Shown here: positions 27,501 to 44,027 of the stretch, piece after piece
How positions within the stretch are numbered: the first letter of the stretch is position 1
How the letters are laid out: the number at the start of each line of letters is the position of its first letter
From: the human T2T-CHM13v2.0 reference genome, Homo sapiens
Direction: 5' to 3' (one strand)
DNA: 64,000 nucleotides
Assembly: GCF_009914755.1 (NCBI RefSeq)
Contig: NC_060929.1
The notes under the pieces: generated by a model
What the model was told of the DNA's origin: nothing
What the model saw: the letters and a program-made list of their open reading frames with translations, nothing else
The model's database searches: none
Made by a program: the position numbers and the translations under genes

Positions 27501-28281
27501 TTTTAAATAATGAGCATCATGATACTAGAAGACATTTTGAGTCAATTGAACTCCCTCACTCACAACATACTTCCCCTATCATCTTCTGCTAATGCTGCCT
27601 TGGCACCAAATATTTTCTGATATGTTTATCCCTAGTGTAGTAAACGATCATTACCAATAATTTAAATTCATCTACTCTCCTAAGCAAGCAAGCTGTGAAC
27701 TGTGATGGATGAGCTTTATATATTGAGGCTTATGAGTACAGCCAGTTGAGAACAGAAAAAACACTTGGATGAACAAAGACGTTTTTAAAGGAACACAATA
27801 AGCTGATCTAAAGCTCATATAGGATAGAAAAGGGTCAGGAAACATTTGGAACATTTTGATGAAGAAGAAGAAATTAAGTTGACTGCCCTCCTCCTTGCCA
27901 CTTTCTATCAAGACAATGGTGGTGCATGAATTTTTCCATTTCAACAAATCTTCTCCAATACTTGATGTTATTAGAATTTCTATTTTTTCTAAACTGATGA
28001 GTATGAAGTGGTGTCTTGTGTTGTTTTATTTTCTAGGAATTTGTAGGACTTCTTGGTATATTCTGAATACTAGTATTTCTCAATAAAATATGCTGCAAAT
28101 ATAATTTCCCATTCTAAAATGTATATGAGTTCCTGTACTATATGGTTTTGTCTTTCTTAGAAAATGTTTTGCTAAAACTTAACTGCAGCCATTAAAACCT
28201 TTAGTCACTCAAAACTGTGTGTGCACAGCAGTAGAAATAGACAAAAGTTTTAATAGGAGAGGTTAAAGTTTCAAAAAGTAG

Positions 28282-28761
<480 letters not shown>

Positions 28762-31439
28762 TAACATAAATAAGGGTACCATTGGCTATCCTTATCAAAA
28801 AGAATAAAACTTTATCCATAGCTTAACCTGTAACAAAAATAAATTGGACATGAATTGAAAATATAAATGTGAAAATATATATTCAAACTTTCAGAAATAA
28901 TTGTGAGAAAACATTTACAACTTTAAGTTGGGGAAGAATATTTTTAATGATAGGAAAACACAAACCATGTTAAAATTTAACATTTAAATCTTCCCTTTTG
29001 GAGAGCAACGTGACAACCTGTGTACAAGCTCAAAGATACTCAAACCCTTGGGTCCACCTTTTGTTACACACTGAAGAGGTTTTTTGCCCTTGTACATAAA
29101 GGGACTTGTAGAAGACAATTTACTGCATCAATGTTTATAAGTATTTAGAAATGACCTATGTATCAGTTTGAAGAAAGATAAATACATTATGGTAGCTCAA
29201 AAAATGGAATGCATTGCATCAGTTAAAACAAAAGAACAAAATAAAAATTTTTACAAAATCACAGGGAGGCAGATCTTGACCCTTTTCTCTCCAAATTGAC
29301 TGGGTCACCTGTTTGCTGTGTTCTGCATACAGGGAGTGCTGAAGGCAACTGTACATTTCATCAAATACTATTTCTGTAAAAGTGGGGAAAAACGGGACAG
29401 TAGATATTTTTTATAGCTTAAGATTTCTTAGCAAATAGAATTTTTTTAAAAGCTTGTCTATAGAATATTGTGTGTTAGCCACCAAGTGATGTCTTAGATG
29501 TAATGAAAAGTGTGATCTTAGAAAAAAGTTCAAGGATACATTTTAAAACTTAAAACACTTCAAAAATTGCTATCCTATCCTATATTAAACTCATAAATAT
29601 CTCATATTAGTTCATACGAAACTTTGGAGCTCCCAGAAAAAAAAAACACATGGAACCAGAATTTAAATATATATTGTTTTCACTTTTCTTGGGTCAATCT
29701 GTTATTTACATATGATTACCTCTAACACTTGTATTAATCTAAGATTATTTTTACTTTAAAAGGCTTTTTAATTTTTATCTATATTTCTGACTTTTGACTG
29801 TTGAAATGTTTTCTCTAATCCATTAAACTAATATTTGCCCTTGCCTCATGGAGGTTTGGTTATCTCCATTGGGCTTGAAGAGTATTTCTGTTTTTCATCT
29901 TTGGTTTCACTACTGACCATCAGTTTAGCATGGTGTTAAAACTGAATATCAAGAAGCAATAGATATATCAGTCCTGAAAAAGTAATCTGCTCTCTGAGAT
30001 TGGCAATTTGGCATTGACGATGAGGAACCCCACCATGAACTAAGGCTCTGATCTGTGTCATAAATAGTATTGAAGGTGCGGGGTGGTGGCGGTCAGTTTT
30101 AATTTTGCTTCATCATCTTTAAGCTGAAAATCCCTCATATTTCTCATTTCTCTTATAAAAAGCCTCGTCAGACGTCTCAGAGATGACAAAGTAGTTAATG
30201 TGAGTGTTTGGGGCGGGAACGATGACAAGGAGGTTTCAGTAGAATAATCAAAAACCTATTTTTCTCTACTTTGCATCTTGATTAGAAGTTGGATTGTGTT
30301 GTTGATAATATGAATTGCCCTATTTGGGGACTATTAAAGTATACTTTAAAAATATATTTCACAAAATAACTGTACTTTGCATTTTATTCTGTGTTTCTTC
30401 AGAGACATCCAGGGTGTGCTCATCAGAACATAAACTGGCAAATACCAACATGCTTAATGACAATGTGGCATGCCATTTGCCTTGTGAGAAGTGCTGTATT
30501 TCATTTCTTTGACTGGCTTTGGCTGTTTGGTAATTGTCAGGGAAACATCTGGTTACTGTCACATACTTTAGCATCCGATCTTATTGCATGACATTTTGTT
30601 CTGTGATATTTGGTTCCCACTTGGGACTAGGAATTGGAAACCTGAAATTAAGTTCCATTTCCAACATAATAATAGGGAATTGTCCTGAATAATGATGTTC
30701 GAGGTTCCCAGTAATGGAATTTCAACACAGCACTTTGGAAACATTGGAAAAAAAATAGCAAATTGTTATCAGTAATTTTCTTTACAAAAATACAAATACA
30801 TAATTAGGCCTCAAACTGTTTGAAGAGGCTACTCTGGAACTTTTCTTAGTTTTGAAAATATTACTCTTTAGTTTTTGGACTCAAGACAAATTCTGATGAA
30901 CTCTCTTACGGTGAAGTCATATACCTACATACCTTTCATTTTCCCTTTCAATAACTTTTTATTTTGTGTAAAAAAAATTTAGAAATGTTCCTTTTGGAAT
31001 TTCTGGGTATATTTCTGTAACCTTTAGGTTTTCTGCACCATAATTTGTATGTTCATAGGTTCTCTTCACTGGTTCTCCAATAAAATAAAGTAGGAAGAAC
31101 TTAGGTAATTACCATTTTGCCTCTGCCTGAACTTGGCACATAGCTCAGTGCTCATGAGACTGTAATTCATATTCTGGAACCAGATTGGTAAATGCACTCT
31201 TACCATTCAATACTGTTGCATCTCTCCAAACTAGTCCTAAAACTTGCTGCTTTCCTCATCTATTTGCTCCTAGAAAGTGTTGTGTGATTTCAGGTTTCTC
31301 TAGGAGACTTATTAAGCTCACATGCTATTAAGCTAAAACTGAAGCAATCATCATTCAGAGAAAGGGATAAGCTATGTGTTAGTTTTCTCAAATAACTCCT
31401 TTCCTAAAACAAAATGCACAAATAGAATATCTTAGAACT

Positions 31440-31760
31440 AATTCTAGAGGAAGTCGATTTTGTGGAGATTTTCACATAGGAAATTTATTGGGGAGTGCTC
31501 CTGGGAGTCTCTGAGAGGGAGCGAAGAAATAGGATTGAGAAAAGGAAAGAGCTGATATAAGACTAAGACACAATAAATGTCTCAGCTGATTGCTCAGGGG
31601 ATGACCCTATAGAATCATCCGCAATTGAGCAAGGAGGCATGATTTATGAGCCTTCACTGGATGTCACTGCCCTGCGGGGGCCACACAACTTGCTTTTAGC
31701 TGTTGGGGAATAATGCCTTGTGTCTAGGATCCAGGCAGTCCTCCAGCCATGTACCACCCA
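31440..31760. mobile_element. Degenerate ERVL LTR (LTR16/LTR33-like)
   Basis: ggaaatttattggggagtgctcctggg...gagagggagcgaagaaataggattg resembles old ERVL LTRs. Confidence 0.45.
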
Positions 31761-33031
31761 GGATTCTAAAATCTGAATTGTTTTCTTAGAAATAGAGATG
31801 ATAGGTGTGTTTGTCCTCATTTCCCAATTTATTTATGCAAGGATTAAGAATTTAACAGAACAGGTGGTTATACAGAATAGAATATTCAAGATAGATTTGT
31901 CCATTTTCTTATGCCCCCTATTCCCTGTGGGTTAAAGAATTGTCACTTTCACTTTCAATAAAAGTGATGATTTGTATTGGTTGGGGTAAAAAACTAAATT
32001 ATTGTTAAACCATTGTTTTACTAAGACATGTAACTTTTCTAGAAGCCCTCACGGTAGTAGGGCTGACCCTTCCTTTCAAAAGAACATTATGAAATATCAG
32101 TTTCTCTTGGTCTTTAAACCAATCATCTAACAGACATTGTCACCTCCTTACCACCTCCTGTGGTAAGAAAGCCCTGTCCATGCTTTGGTTCTTTTCACAT
32201 TATCTTCGCCTCTTGTATTCTGATGCTTGAGAAAGCCCATCTTCCCAAGAGCAAAAATTGTGGTTCAGGAACAAACTACTACCTCATGAGCTGGCCCCAT
32301 GCCCAGGAATCCACAGTGCTGAGAGAGGCATGACTTTAATATAAAATGATGATCTAGTCAATAGTCAGAAAAAGATTTTCTGGAAAAGAAAGAAATACTA
32401 CACAAATCAAACTTGAAATCTGTGTAACGAAGTAATCACTTGAGCACATGTGGAGAGTTTGAGGGTGACCCAGTCATTACTTTAGCACATAAGGAAACTT
32501 TTAATAAATGTTCACAATTGACCAGAAAGGGGAGGAAACCAACACGTGCTGAGCACTTAATTCTGGCCAGGCATTATAGAAAACAGTGAACAAATACGAT
32601 AACATTCAATGCTAATGACTGTCCCAAGTGTTAGGAATGATTATCCAAGATTTTTGTTCATTCTTTTTTTACCTTCAATGAGGTAACTTTTCTAAGTTTA
32701 CTTCTAGAAATTGGCAGAGTTGGGATTAAAAGTTATGTTTCTCTGATTGAAAAGTACATGCTATTCCTCCCAAAAAGTATCCACAATGTGAGATGTGTCA
32801 TTAAAGTGAAAAACTTTCATTATTCTTAGAATTGCATTTCTGAAAAATTGAACATTGGGCTATAAAGAATATCATTCTGATTTGTTTTATTTTTTGGAAA
32901 GTACACATATAATGGGAAGAAGAGTGATTTTAGTCAGGATACCAGCTTCATTATCTAGCAGTAAGCTCTGGGAAGTAAAATGAACTTCAATTTTCTCACT
33001 TATAAGATTAAGATATTAAAGTAGAAGGATA

Positions 33032-33375
33032 GGCTGGGCTCGGTGGCTCATGCCTGTAATCCCAGCACTTTGGGAGGCCGAGGCAGACAGATTACAAGGT
33101 CAGGAGTTCGAGATCAGCCTGGCCAACATAGTGAAACCCTGTCTCTACTAAAAATACAAAAATTACCCAGGCATGGTGGCACACGCCGGTAATCCCAGCT
33201 ACTCGGGAGTCTGAGGCAGGAGAATTGCTTGAAACCTAGGAAGAGGAGGTTGCAGTGAGCTGAGCTGTCCCACTGCACTCCAGCCTTGGAGACAGAGCAA
33301 AACTCAGTCTCAAAACAATAAATAAATAAAATAAAATAAAATAAAATAAAATAAAATAAAATAAAATAAATAAAA
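33032..33375 (+). mobile_element. AluS-like element with (TAAAA)n tail
   Basis: Full Alu; TSD tagaaggata at 33022 and 33376. Confidence 0.94.
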
Positions 33376-33985
33376 TAGAAGGATAGAGATAAACATTTCA
33401 AGTAATGTGCTGCATTTGATATAGCACCCAAATTTTAAACAAGTTTTCTGGTAATAGGACTGTGTTGTGTCTTAAAGTCTATTTATGGTATTTTGAATGT
33501 TGAGTGCTTCTATAATCACCTAGCATTGGGTTATCCCACCATAATTGTATTTCCTTTACAGAGGTCTATTTTGTTGTAGGTCTGATAGCTCCTTGCTTGT
33601 TTAACTACTAACAGCACAATGGAGATAGAATTTCACATGGTGAAGACAGGAGGATAAGATACAAAGCACTGTCAACCTTTTAGATATGATTGGCTTCACC
33701 AGTAAATTATCAGCGAAGGATGGATTTTTCCCCCAAGTACCCACTAGACAATACATCTTCCCATGTGAACTTAAAATTACATAAACTCATGGTTAGTCTA
33801 AATATATAATGAACGGAGATCACACAACCAAAACAAAAATCAAAATGGAAAAGATTATAAAATACGTAGCAATAAACCTAATGAGAAATGTGCAGACCAT
33901 ATAACAAGGCTTGAGGAAAAGAAAAATTAAGTACGTGGTTGGAGAAAATTCAATATTATACAAATGTTTATTTACCCCAAATTAA

Positions 33986-34120
33986 TGACATTTTTGGCTG
34001 TCACAACTGATAGAGCATTACCGGCATCTAATTAGTAGAGGCCAGGGATGCTGCTAAGGATCCCTGCTACAAAGTACAGGGCAGTCCAGTGTAAAATATC
34101 AATAGCGGAGAGGTTGTGCC
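33986..34120 (+). mobile_element. MER20 fragment next to an L1 fragment
   Basis: gacatttttggctgtcacaact...ggcatcta...gtagaggccagggatgctgctaa. Confidence 0.75.
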
Positions 34121-35489
34121 CTGAACTGTCTTTAACAGAGAAAATCATGAATATAGACTCTCTTATGGGTCAAGTATAATTTGAAAACAAAGGTTCTTGG
34201 CCCAAAGGTTTAGATTTTCAGTCAAGATCTTAAATTTATTTTTACTTTCCTATAACATTAAAGGACAGTTTGAGATTTTTGTGTTTATCAAAGAGGAATG
34301 ATAGATTAGAAAGTCTGTGAAACATTAGGTGGTGATTAAAGAATTATGGTGCTTAAACCTGGGTAGATGTTAATGGTTCAATAACATTTTTAAGAAATAA
34401 GATAATTAAGAGAGAAGATTTGGCAAATGTGACTGTATTTACAAAAGATCCTTGTAGCTTTTGGCTACGTAACACAAGCATTCCTTTGTTTTATTCATTG
34501 TTTGTTCCAGATGGATTTACTAAACTGTTCAGAGAAGGGGACCCTTATTATTTACCTGTCTTATAGTTGCATACAGTAGGAACATAGGAAAGGAACCAAT
34601 TTAGTAATGCATTTGGACTCAAAAGTTAATTCTGCAATTATACTGGGAAAAGGAAGGCTAAAAAAGACAGAAGCTAGGACTGTAAATGATTGTGGGACCC
34701 TGGGTATAAACTTCCATGGATAGGATACAAAGTCACTGGGATCAAACACATGCATTGGCAGGGCGTAAGAGTTAAGAGAGCATCTGATTTCTAAGATGAA
34801 GACTAGTAATATAAATAGTCTTCTAATGTTCTAATCTGAAGTGGGAAATATTTATTTGAATATATAAATTTTGATATGTTGGCCAATTCAATTACTTTGT
34901 AGTCATGTCTCCTTGATCATGTAATTTCAAACATTTTTGTGTAAAAAATCATTAAGAGCGGTGTTACTCCATATAAACTGTTGTAAATTATCAGAAGTTA
35001 GTGGAGGCTGCCATGAATAGATTTATATTGTATGTAATGGTCTGATTATGTTTTTTTATTATTTCTCTAGTAAACAGAGAAGGTCAAGTATTTTTAAAAA
35101 TCACAACCCTCAATAGCATGTCTATTTCACACTGCATTTTCTGGCCTACACCAAACTCACCTAATTTGCATATTGAGATATAAGTCAAATGTAGTTATTC
35201 GAACCTATTATGTGTAGGGCCATTTGGACAACCATACAAAAACTTTAAGGGAAAAGTGTACCATAGTCAGATGGCATCCCCATGACTATGGGAATATTCC
35301 AAAAAAAAATCTATGGGTTGATTAAGTAAAGATTTACTGGGCAAAACTGTACATGCATGCCTTAGGAGCTAGTTAAGGATTTTTTGTTAATATGAAGGTT
35401 GGAGCAAACAATTCTTAAATTGACTTATGATTCCAGGTGTGAAAGACCAATTCCTAACTATAAGTTCTGTGGTCTTAAGTTACGTGCCC

Positions 35490-36280
35490 TATATTAGTTT
35501 CCTAGGATTTCCATAACAAAGTGTCACAGACTGGATGGATTGAACAACAGAAATTTATTACCTCACAGTTTTGAGGGCTAGAAGTCTGAAATCAAAGTGT
35601 TGGCACAGTTGGTTCTTCCTGAGGGAGAATCTGTGCCACACCTCTCTCCCAGTTTCTGGTGGTTTACTGGCAAGCTTTGGTGTTCCTGGGCTTGAAGACT
35701 CACCCTAATCTCTGCCTTCATGTTCACCTGGTGTTCTTGCTACAGACTGAATGTTTGTCTCCCCAAAATTTCTATGTTGAAACCGAATCCCCAATGCCAT
35801 GGTAGTAAGAGGTGGAGGGGGCCTTCGGAGGTGATTAGGTGATGAGAGGAGAGCCTTCTTAAATTAGATTAGTGCCTTTATAATGGAGATCCTGGAAGCC
35901 TCCTCCTCCCTTCTGTCATCTGAGGATACAGTGAGAAGGCAGTCATCTATGAACCAGGAAGCAGGTTCTTACCAGAATTCAGCCAAGCTGGCACCCTTGT
36001 CTCAGACTTCCAGAATTATAAGAAATAAATTTCTATTGTTTATAAAAACCACTATATTTATAATAATATTGTTATAGCAGCTTGAATGGACTAAGACAGT
36101 TCTACCTGTGTGCAAGCATCTAAATTTCCCCTTTTCATAAAGATTAGAGGTCAGATTAGAGTCACATTAGAGGTCCACCCTATTCTAGCCTGATCTCATA
36201 TTAACTAATTGCATCTGCATCGACCCTGTTTCTAAATAAAGCCGCTTTGGAAGGTACTGGGAATTAGGACTTCAACCCAT
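35490..36280 (-). mobile_element. MLT1C-like LTR interrupted by an MLT1A LTR
   Basis: tattagtttcctagg...aacaacagaaatttatt...ctagaagtctgaaatcaa; resumes after 36098 and runs to gaaggtactgggaattaggacttcaac. Confidence 0.8.
35738..36098 (+). mobile_element. MLT1A/MLT1A0 solo LTR with 5-bp TSD
   Basis: TG...CA termini (tgctacagactgaatgttt ... ggactaagaca); TSD gttct at 35733 and 36099. Confidence 0.85.
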
Positions 36281-37848
36281 AATAGTCCTTATGTTTAGTT
36301 TTTTTCCAATACTAGGTTTAATTAATTTAAATGATTAGGGATAATTAATTTTATCATGAGAGAATACTTATATGTGTGGAGAGAAACAGAAATGTTTAAA
36401 AATGTGGAGAATGTAACAATACTTCCAGGTTCTGAATACTAATTGCCTCCAAAAATCTCTACGAACATTACTATGGAGTCTACTCACTTGAAGCAGCTGA
36501 AGTAGATGATTTGTCTAAATAAAGTCTATCATTTTCTTGTGAGTCTAATAAGGGAATACATATCACATAGCTGTTTAATATAACCTGGCATTGAAAATGA
36601 GGAGAAAGAGAAAGATAAGCTAATTGTTGCAGTTGAAATGTACTGATTTGACTATTTCTTAGGAGATACTGGAGGATGAAATGCAGAACTTTATAAGATG
36701 AGGAGAAATGATTGCTTATACTGACTTGAAAATAGCATTTAGTTTCATGTTTTGCTGCATGAGTATAAACACCAATTGTAAAATGCATTTCATGCCCAGT
36801 ATCTGATTTGTCAGGAAAGCAAATAAGATATTGTTTGTATCTTTACTTACATGCATACCATCTTTCAGTGTTTCTCTTTTGTCTTCCTTAGTGGGAAAGC
36901 CCCCTAAAACAGATATTTTTCTTGTAACATTTTATAGGTATTGACTTAAACACCATTGATATCTGAACATATTGATTATGTCACTGAAAAAAATGGCTAT
37001 CAAGACATTTAGTGTTTATATACCTGATGTTAAAATCTTTTTAATGCTGAGTTGATTCGACTAGTGACCCCAACCCTAATACTTCTTGTAACCATAAAAA
37101 GCAGTCTTTTAAAAATTGTAATACCTCATGAAACACTAGTTTTAATTTACTTCCCCTTGAAAGACCTCGCTGGGAATATTTGCATTGTCAGCAGCTTAAA
37201 TTGACCACAGAGATAATAACTAAATAATTTAGAAAACCGTAAGATGATTTAGGCATTTAAGATGTGTATAAGGTAATTAAAACCAAACTTTCGGAGGGGT
37301 AAGACCTCACTGTAGTTGGTTATTCTATAGCTGGGGTCACTGCCTAAGTTGTATGAAGGCATATGTTCAATTTACAGTTGTAATGAGGAACATGGGGTGT
37401 TTTGATCCTTCATTTGTTGTGCTGATCTCTAGAGGATGCAATTGCCTGTATTAAACAATGAACATGGACTCTTTTGTGGCGGATAATAAAAATGTGTAAG
37501 ATAATACGTGCCACGTGCATGTATGTTTGGCATGTGGCTTTTCTCTGTTTATGGAATTGTTGCCCTTTGTTGCTATCATGGAACAGGCTCATGGAAATGT
37601 TCATTATTAGCCACTTAGGAACAAGACCAATTCGTTTGACCTCATTAGTTTGATCATGATTATTCCATTTTAACTAATACATGGTATTTATGAAGGTGTT
37701 TTCCAAAGATTATTCACTTGCAAGGGCATTTTGTGTTTTATTTTACTATTCTGCAAAAAGACAAATAGATAAAGTTTAGGTGATAAAGTTTTCTTTTGTC
37801 ACATGTTGAATGTAGTAAAAGACAAAGCAGGTTTTTTTCTGTTTTTTT

Positions 37849-37854
37849 TTTATT
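37849..37854 (-). terminator. Candidate distal polyadenylation signal AATAAA
   Basis: Plus-strand TTTATT at 37849-37854; the minus strand continues ...CCTGCTTTGTCTTTTACT, a T/GT-rich downstream element. Confidence 0.5.
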
Positions 37855-39654
37855 TTACACTTAAACAATGAATGACATCAGGGTTTCAGATTTTTTCTAT
37901 ATGTCGATACACTTGAAAATACTAGCACATACTCTTGGGATAAACTGAAAGAAACATTTATAACATCATATTGTGATACAGGTTGAAGTAGGAGGACCAG
38001 CTTTTTATTCAGTGAAAACTTGCATTCATCCCAATATAAAGTTTGCAAAACCACAGTGAGCCTAGCTATATCCAGGGCCCTACTCTTGGCTTAAAACAAA
38101 ACAATGCAAATGTAATCTTTCAATGGTAAAGAACATATGAAAGAGAATGATCTTAAAACCTCTCTAACTTGGACAAACAAACAGGTGAAGAATAATTGGA
38201 ATTGGTGGGAAATATAGGAATAGAAAATGTTTTTATGTCACAGCTTCATTTAATAAGATGTAGCAAACAACCATTTGGTTTTTGCACCTGCAGCACTGCT
38301 GTCTCCTTGGTGTACTCTTCTTCACTAGTTGCGGTTGTGTGGGCTGCCAAAATCTTCACCTTGCCTCTCTGTGGTCATGTCACTGAAGATTGGTCAATCA
38401 CAATTCCCAAATCTCTTATACTGATTGGTCTAGAGGTTGGTATGTTATCCAAACCTGGCCAATAAGAGTTATATCTAGGATGTTTACCTTTTTGGATCTT
38501 GTAGTAAAGGAGTTTGGGGTTTTGGGTTTTGGAGTAGGAAAGAAGTAGACTAGAAGCAATCTGGCCTAACCAAATAAAACCAATGAAGGGTAAGAGAAAA
38601 TGAATGTCTGAGAAGAAGCAGATCTTCGTTACTTCATTTCTAAGTACTCATAGAACTCAGAGTTCCTTTTTCTCCTGAGCATCCTTCAAAGATATTCCTC
38701 TTCCTTTTTATTTTTTTTTCAGTTTAAGTTGGAAAAGTCCTGCTTCATGAAATAAACAAGAACTCTTAATCAATATGGTATCTGTTTGCATGTATATGTC
38801 CTACTTCTAATGTACTAGACATCTTCTCTTAAATATTTTAAGCTACATATATAACTTTATTTAGACAAAGTTTGGACCAGCTGAACCCTTCAGTAATATG
38901 AAAAAGGTAAATTTTACTTCACTGAATAATCACAAACCTTGAATTGGCAGCATCCAAATTATTAGAACTGTGCAGCATTAATGCTGATCTATGTAAATTG
39001 GGTTCATAAACTTGCTTGGGCCCTGGAAGCAACTTGCATTATTATGTATTTTTTCTCTCTAATTTTCAAATCAAATTCATTGGTCATTCATCCCCTTGAA
39101 ATCAGATTCTGCAGCCACCTGGCTTTCCTCCAAAAGTCTTCCATTGTTTCATAAGCCATCCTCGTTTCCAATTCATTTTTCTTTATCCACTGTGTAAATT
39201 AGGTGGACCTGAATATTTAGAAAAGATTGAAAGCATTTGGTTGTTATTAGAGTAAAGATAGCTAACTCACACATGTGAAACATTAGAGAAAACTTACAAA
39301 TGTTTGAGTAATTTTTTTTTCTGTTGTTGTTGTTTGGGGCTGTGGGGCATTTAACCACATCCTGCCATGCACACACTTGAGCTTCTCTCTTTATTACCAG
39401 GTAGAGTTTCTGACTAATAAAACAAACAAGGACAATATTTTAATTTTCTTTTCCCAACATTTTTATTGTTTTTATTTAAATGTAACATACTATACACTGT
39501 TCAGCCTTTTGCGAGTTAGGAGGAGGGAGTGATTCTATATCTTTATGAGGAGTATTCTCAGAACCAAAACTCAAATGGACACATATTTGTGGCTGATGCA
39601 CTTTAACTTTGTGGGCCTGGGACCATACTCCTACAGAGGCAGATCTCTCAATAG

Positions 39655-40244
<590 letters not shown>

Positions 40245-42575
40245 AGGTTTTTTGTCTTTCTGTGAGGGAAATGTGGGAGAGACAGGGAGATGTTTTCTAT
40301 TTTTGGCCTCTGCAAGCTTTAATATATTTTGCTAGAAGCTGTTTTAGTGTCTTGAGTACTATAATGATGACTGTTTACACATAGTCTCTTTAGTAATCTA
40401 AATGTCTATGTGAAATAAGAATCCAGTTTGTGCCCTGTTTGCTGTTACTGTGGTCATCCAATGTGTATTTGTCTTACCAAACATTTAATTTTGGTTGTGG
40501 GTGGTCTATGTTTATGTGTCAGGTGCAATTATTATTTTAAAATAAAGGAAAAAAAGATACCTAGTTTTGATAGGAATGCATTACATTATAGCTCACAGAC
40601 TGAGTTACCAATTAAATTTTAACATCCAGATTCCAACCACAAAAATTAAACATTTTTATAATCTCATTTGCCAAAAAGCAAGTTGGAAGCAAAGTATGAT
40701 GAAATGCAATTTAAACTATAAGCCAAAAGACAGTGCCTCAAATGTGTTTCTTCTGAAATACAGTTTTTTTGAAGAATGGGAAAAATATGACCTTTTATGG
40801 GATTATACAAAAAATTTCTTAATAAAGCAATTTTTAAAAATAACAGATTAACTGGAAGTGCTGGTTAAGTATTGACACAAATAAGTTTGTTGGAGAATCA
40901 CAGAACGCCAGCATTTCCAAAGGTTAAACTTTAGTAAGACACATTTAGTGAGTCTTTTTTTTTGTACCAAAATACTGTGTCCAAACAATAAAATGCTTTT
41001 TCAAAACAAGAAATATGAAGATAAAACTGCAGCATCAATATACTATTATAGTTATTGCTTAAAAGTATTTAGAACAAATAGTATTTTTCTACATTTTTAA
41101 AATCACTACAGACACTGCAAATAAGGCTTATGTATTTATTTAGTGGAATACAATGTGATGATGATTGGTAAACTCTTATGTACTCTTTTCTATACCTGCT
41201 CTAACAAAATGAATTTTGATATGGTTACATTATGGAACTTTGTAAAGCTCTTTAAATTTACAGAAAACAAGTTTTATTTGGTTTTGTAAAGACTAGATCA
41301 TACAGCTAGAACAGGTTTTTGTATATGGTTACACATATACCAGTATATATTTGATTTGCTCAGTTTAAGCCCCTGGGAGAGTTGCGCTTCATACCAAATT
41401 CTTTGATAGTTCCTTTGGGAAAGATGCATTATGTGGAATTTACAGAGGGTTTTTAGAGATGTGGACAGCCTCTTTACCGCCATGACATTTGGCAAGAAAT
41501 CATGAGTAAATAATGAGGCTAGGCTATTTAAATGTATTTAGCAATTAATTTTCCTTTTTTTAGTATATTCTTGGAGGCAAACTGATGTATTGAAAGAGAA
41601 GAATTTGGCCTTCTGGTCTATTTCTTGAGACAGGAAGCCTCGAGAGTAATATATGTTTTCAAATGATAGCAGACATCTCTCACTCAAGCCATGGCACAGC
41701 ATTGCCATATTTATTGTTGATGGTTATTACTGCAGAAGTGCAAATTAAGTCAACTGATAGCACACGGGCACTCATACTGCTTCCCTAATCCCAACTCCTA
41801 TTTTTGAAGTGTTCGCCAAGTTTTAAAAACACTTTGTCGTGAACATGCATGTGGTGTGCTGAATAAAAAGAAAAGATAAATCAGAAGACAGCTGCTGAGA
41901 TACTCTTTAAAACCCCAAAAGATATTTAACATCCTATTAAATAAATAACTTAGAAAGAAATAGAAAGGGATGAAGGCAGAATGCACAAGCATACCATACT
42001 ATTTGTATTGTTAGAACAGTTTCACACTAACATGTTTATATTTTTAAATTCTATTCAATTATTCCATGAGACCACATCCAGAACTCCTTTGGTTGTGCAT
42101 ATGATATGACCCAAGTGCTTTCCAGTAAATGCTTGCATGTATTACTGTTCATTGATTCATTAGGCTTGAATGAGCAATGAAGTCTTTGATATGAGTTCGT
42201 ATTCCATAAATAACTTTCCCGAAGATCGTTCTTTCAACAGATTGTTCTATGTCCTTTAAGTTCTATCTCAGAGGTTTAAAAACAAAAACTTGACAACAAC
42301 AACAAAAAACCCAGCCACAATGTTTTTCACTTGGGAATAACTTCTATCCCATTCGATCTGCCTATATCTTGATTATAAGACATGACACAGAACTAATTAA
42401 AAGAACATCATATGTCAGCAGTGAATACAAAAACCTTCAAAGGCTGGCTTTCTTTTAAGCAAGCAGACATCTGCAACGTGTCTTTGCCTTTCAATCTACT
42501 GTCTTCATGAAGAATATCCACTATTCTTGGCAAAAGAGCCATTGGTTCTACTGCATCCACAAACGTTGCCTTCCT

Positions 42576-42914
<339 letters not shown>

Positions 42915-43700
42915 TCAACAATAGAAAAGTAAATCTCAGAACCACAAAACACATTCTGTTTGAAAGCACATGATACATTTTAATTGATCATCATAGCCAC
43001 TTTTTGAAAGCCCTTTTAAAAAGCTGATGTGCTTTGAATATTATATGGTTTAAGTGCCTAGAGTGATTGTCAAGAAGTAGACATCTCACTAACAATATTT
43101 GTGATGAGTCAGTAATAAAGAATAGTGTTATAATGCTTCTTTTACAGTAATAACCAGGGGCCCCATGGGAAAAAATAGAACTGAAGGAAAGATATGGGCT
43201 TGTCAAGTTTGCAAACTTTACCTACAAATCCATAATAAATACACACACACATTCATAAGAAAGCAGAGCTTATAGCAAAACCACAATAGTTCTGCATAAC
43301 CAAAAGGGGGGGATGTCTTTCTTCCAAATATCAAATTTCTTAATTTAATGAAATTATTTGCAATATTCTATAGCTTGGAATTTTGACAGATTTTGCTCGT
43401 GAACTCTAGGGATTGAAAACTAGGACATGGAATTCCTCGTTTTGTGAACTACTATGTTGAAGAAATTATGAGCATGGTGAATAGCAATGCCTACATTGTA
43501 TCTTAAGGACTTGGATCCTGGGAAGTTCCATCCCATAGCCATAGAGCTTTGGTTTTGTTCAGGAGGCCAATTGGATTTAAGGAGACATTCCTGGACAAGG
43601 CTTCGCTCTCACTCACTCCACAAATCCAGGTTCTTACTCTGGAGTTAATAACAAAGAGGAAGTAGCTCAATGATCTCAAGACTCTGGCTTTAGAAGTAGC

Positions 43701-44027
<327 letters not shown>

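Noticed and set aside
38290-38720. Possible old MLT1J/K-like LTR in the distal 3' UTR (CCAAT-rich)
   Set aside because: Too degenerate to assign a family or boundaries by eye; needs RepeatMasker.
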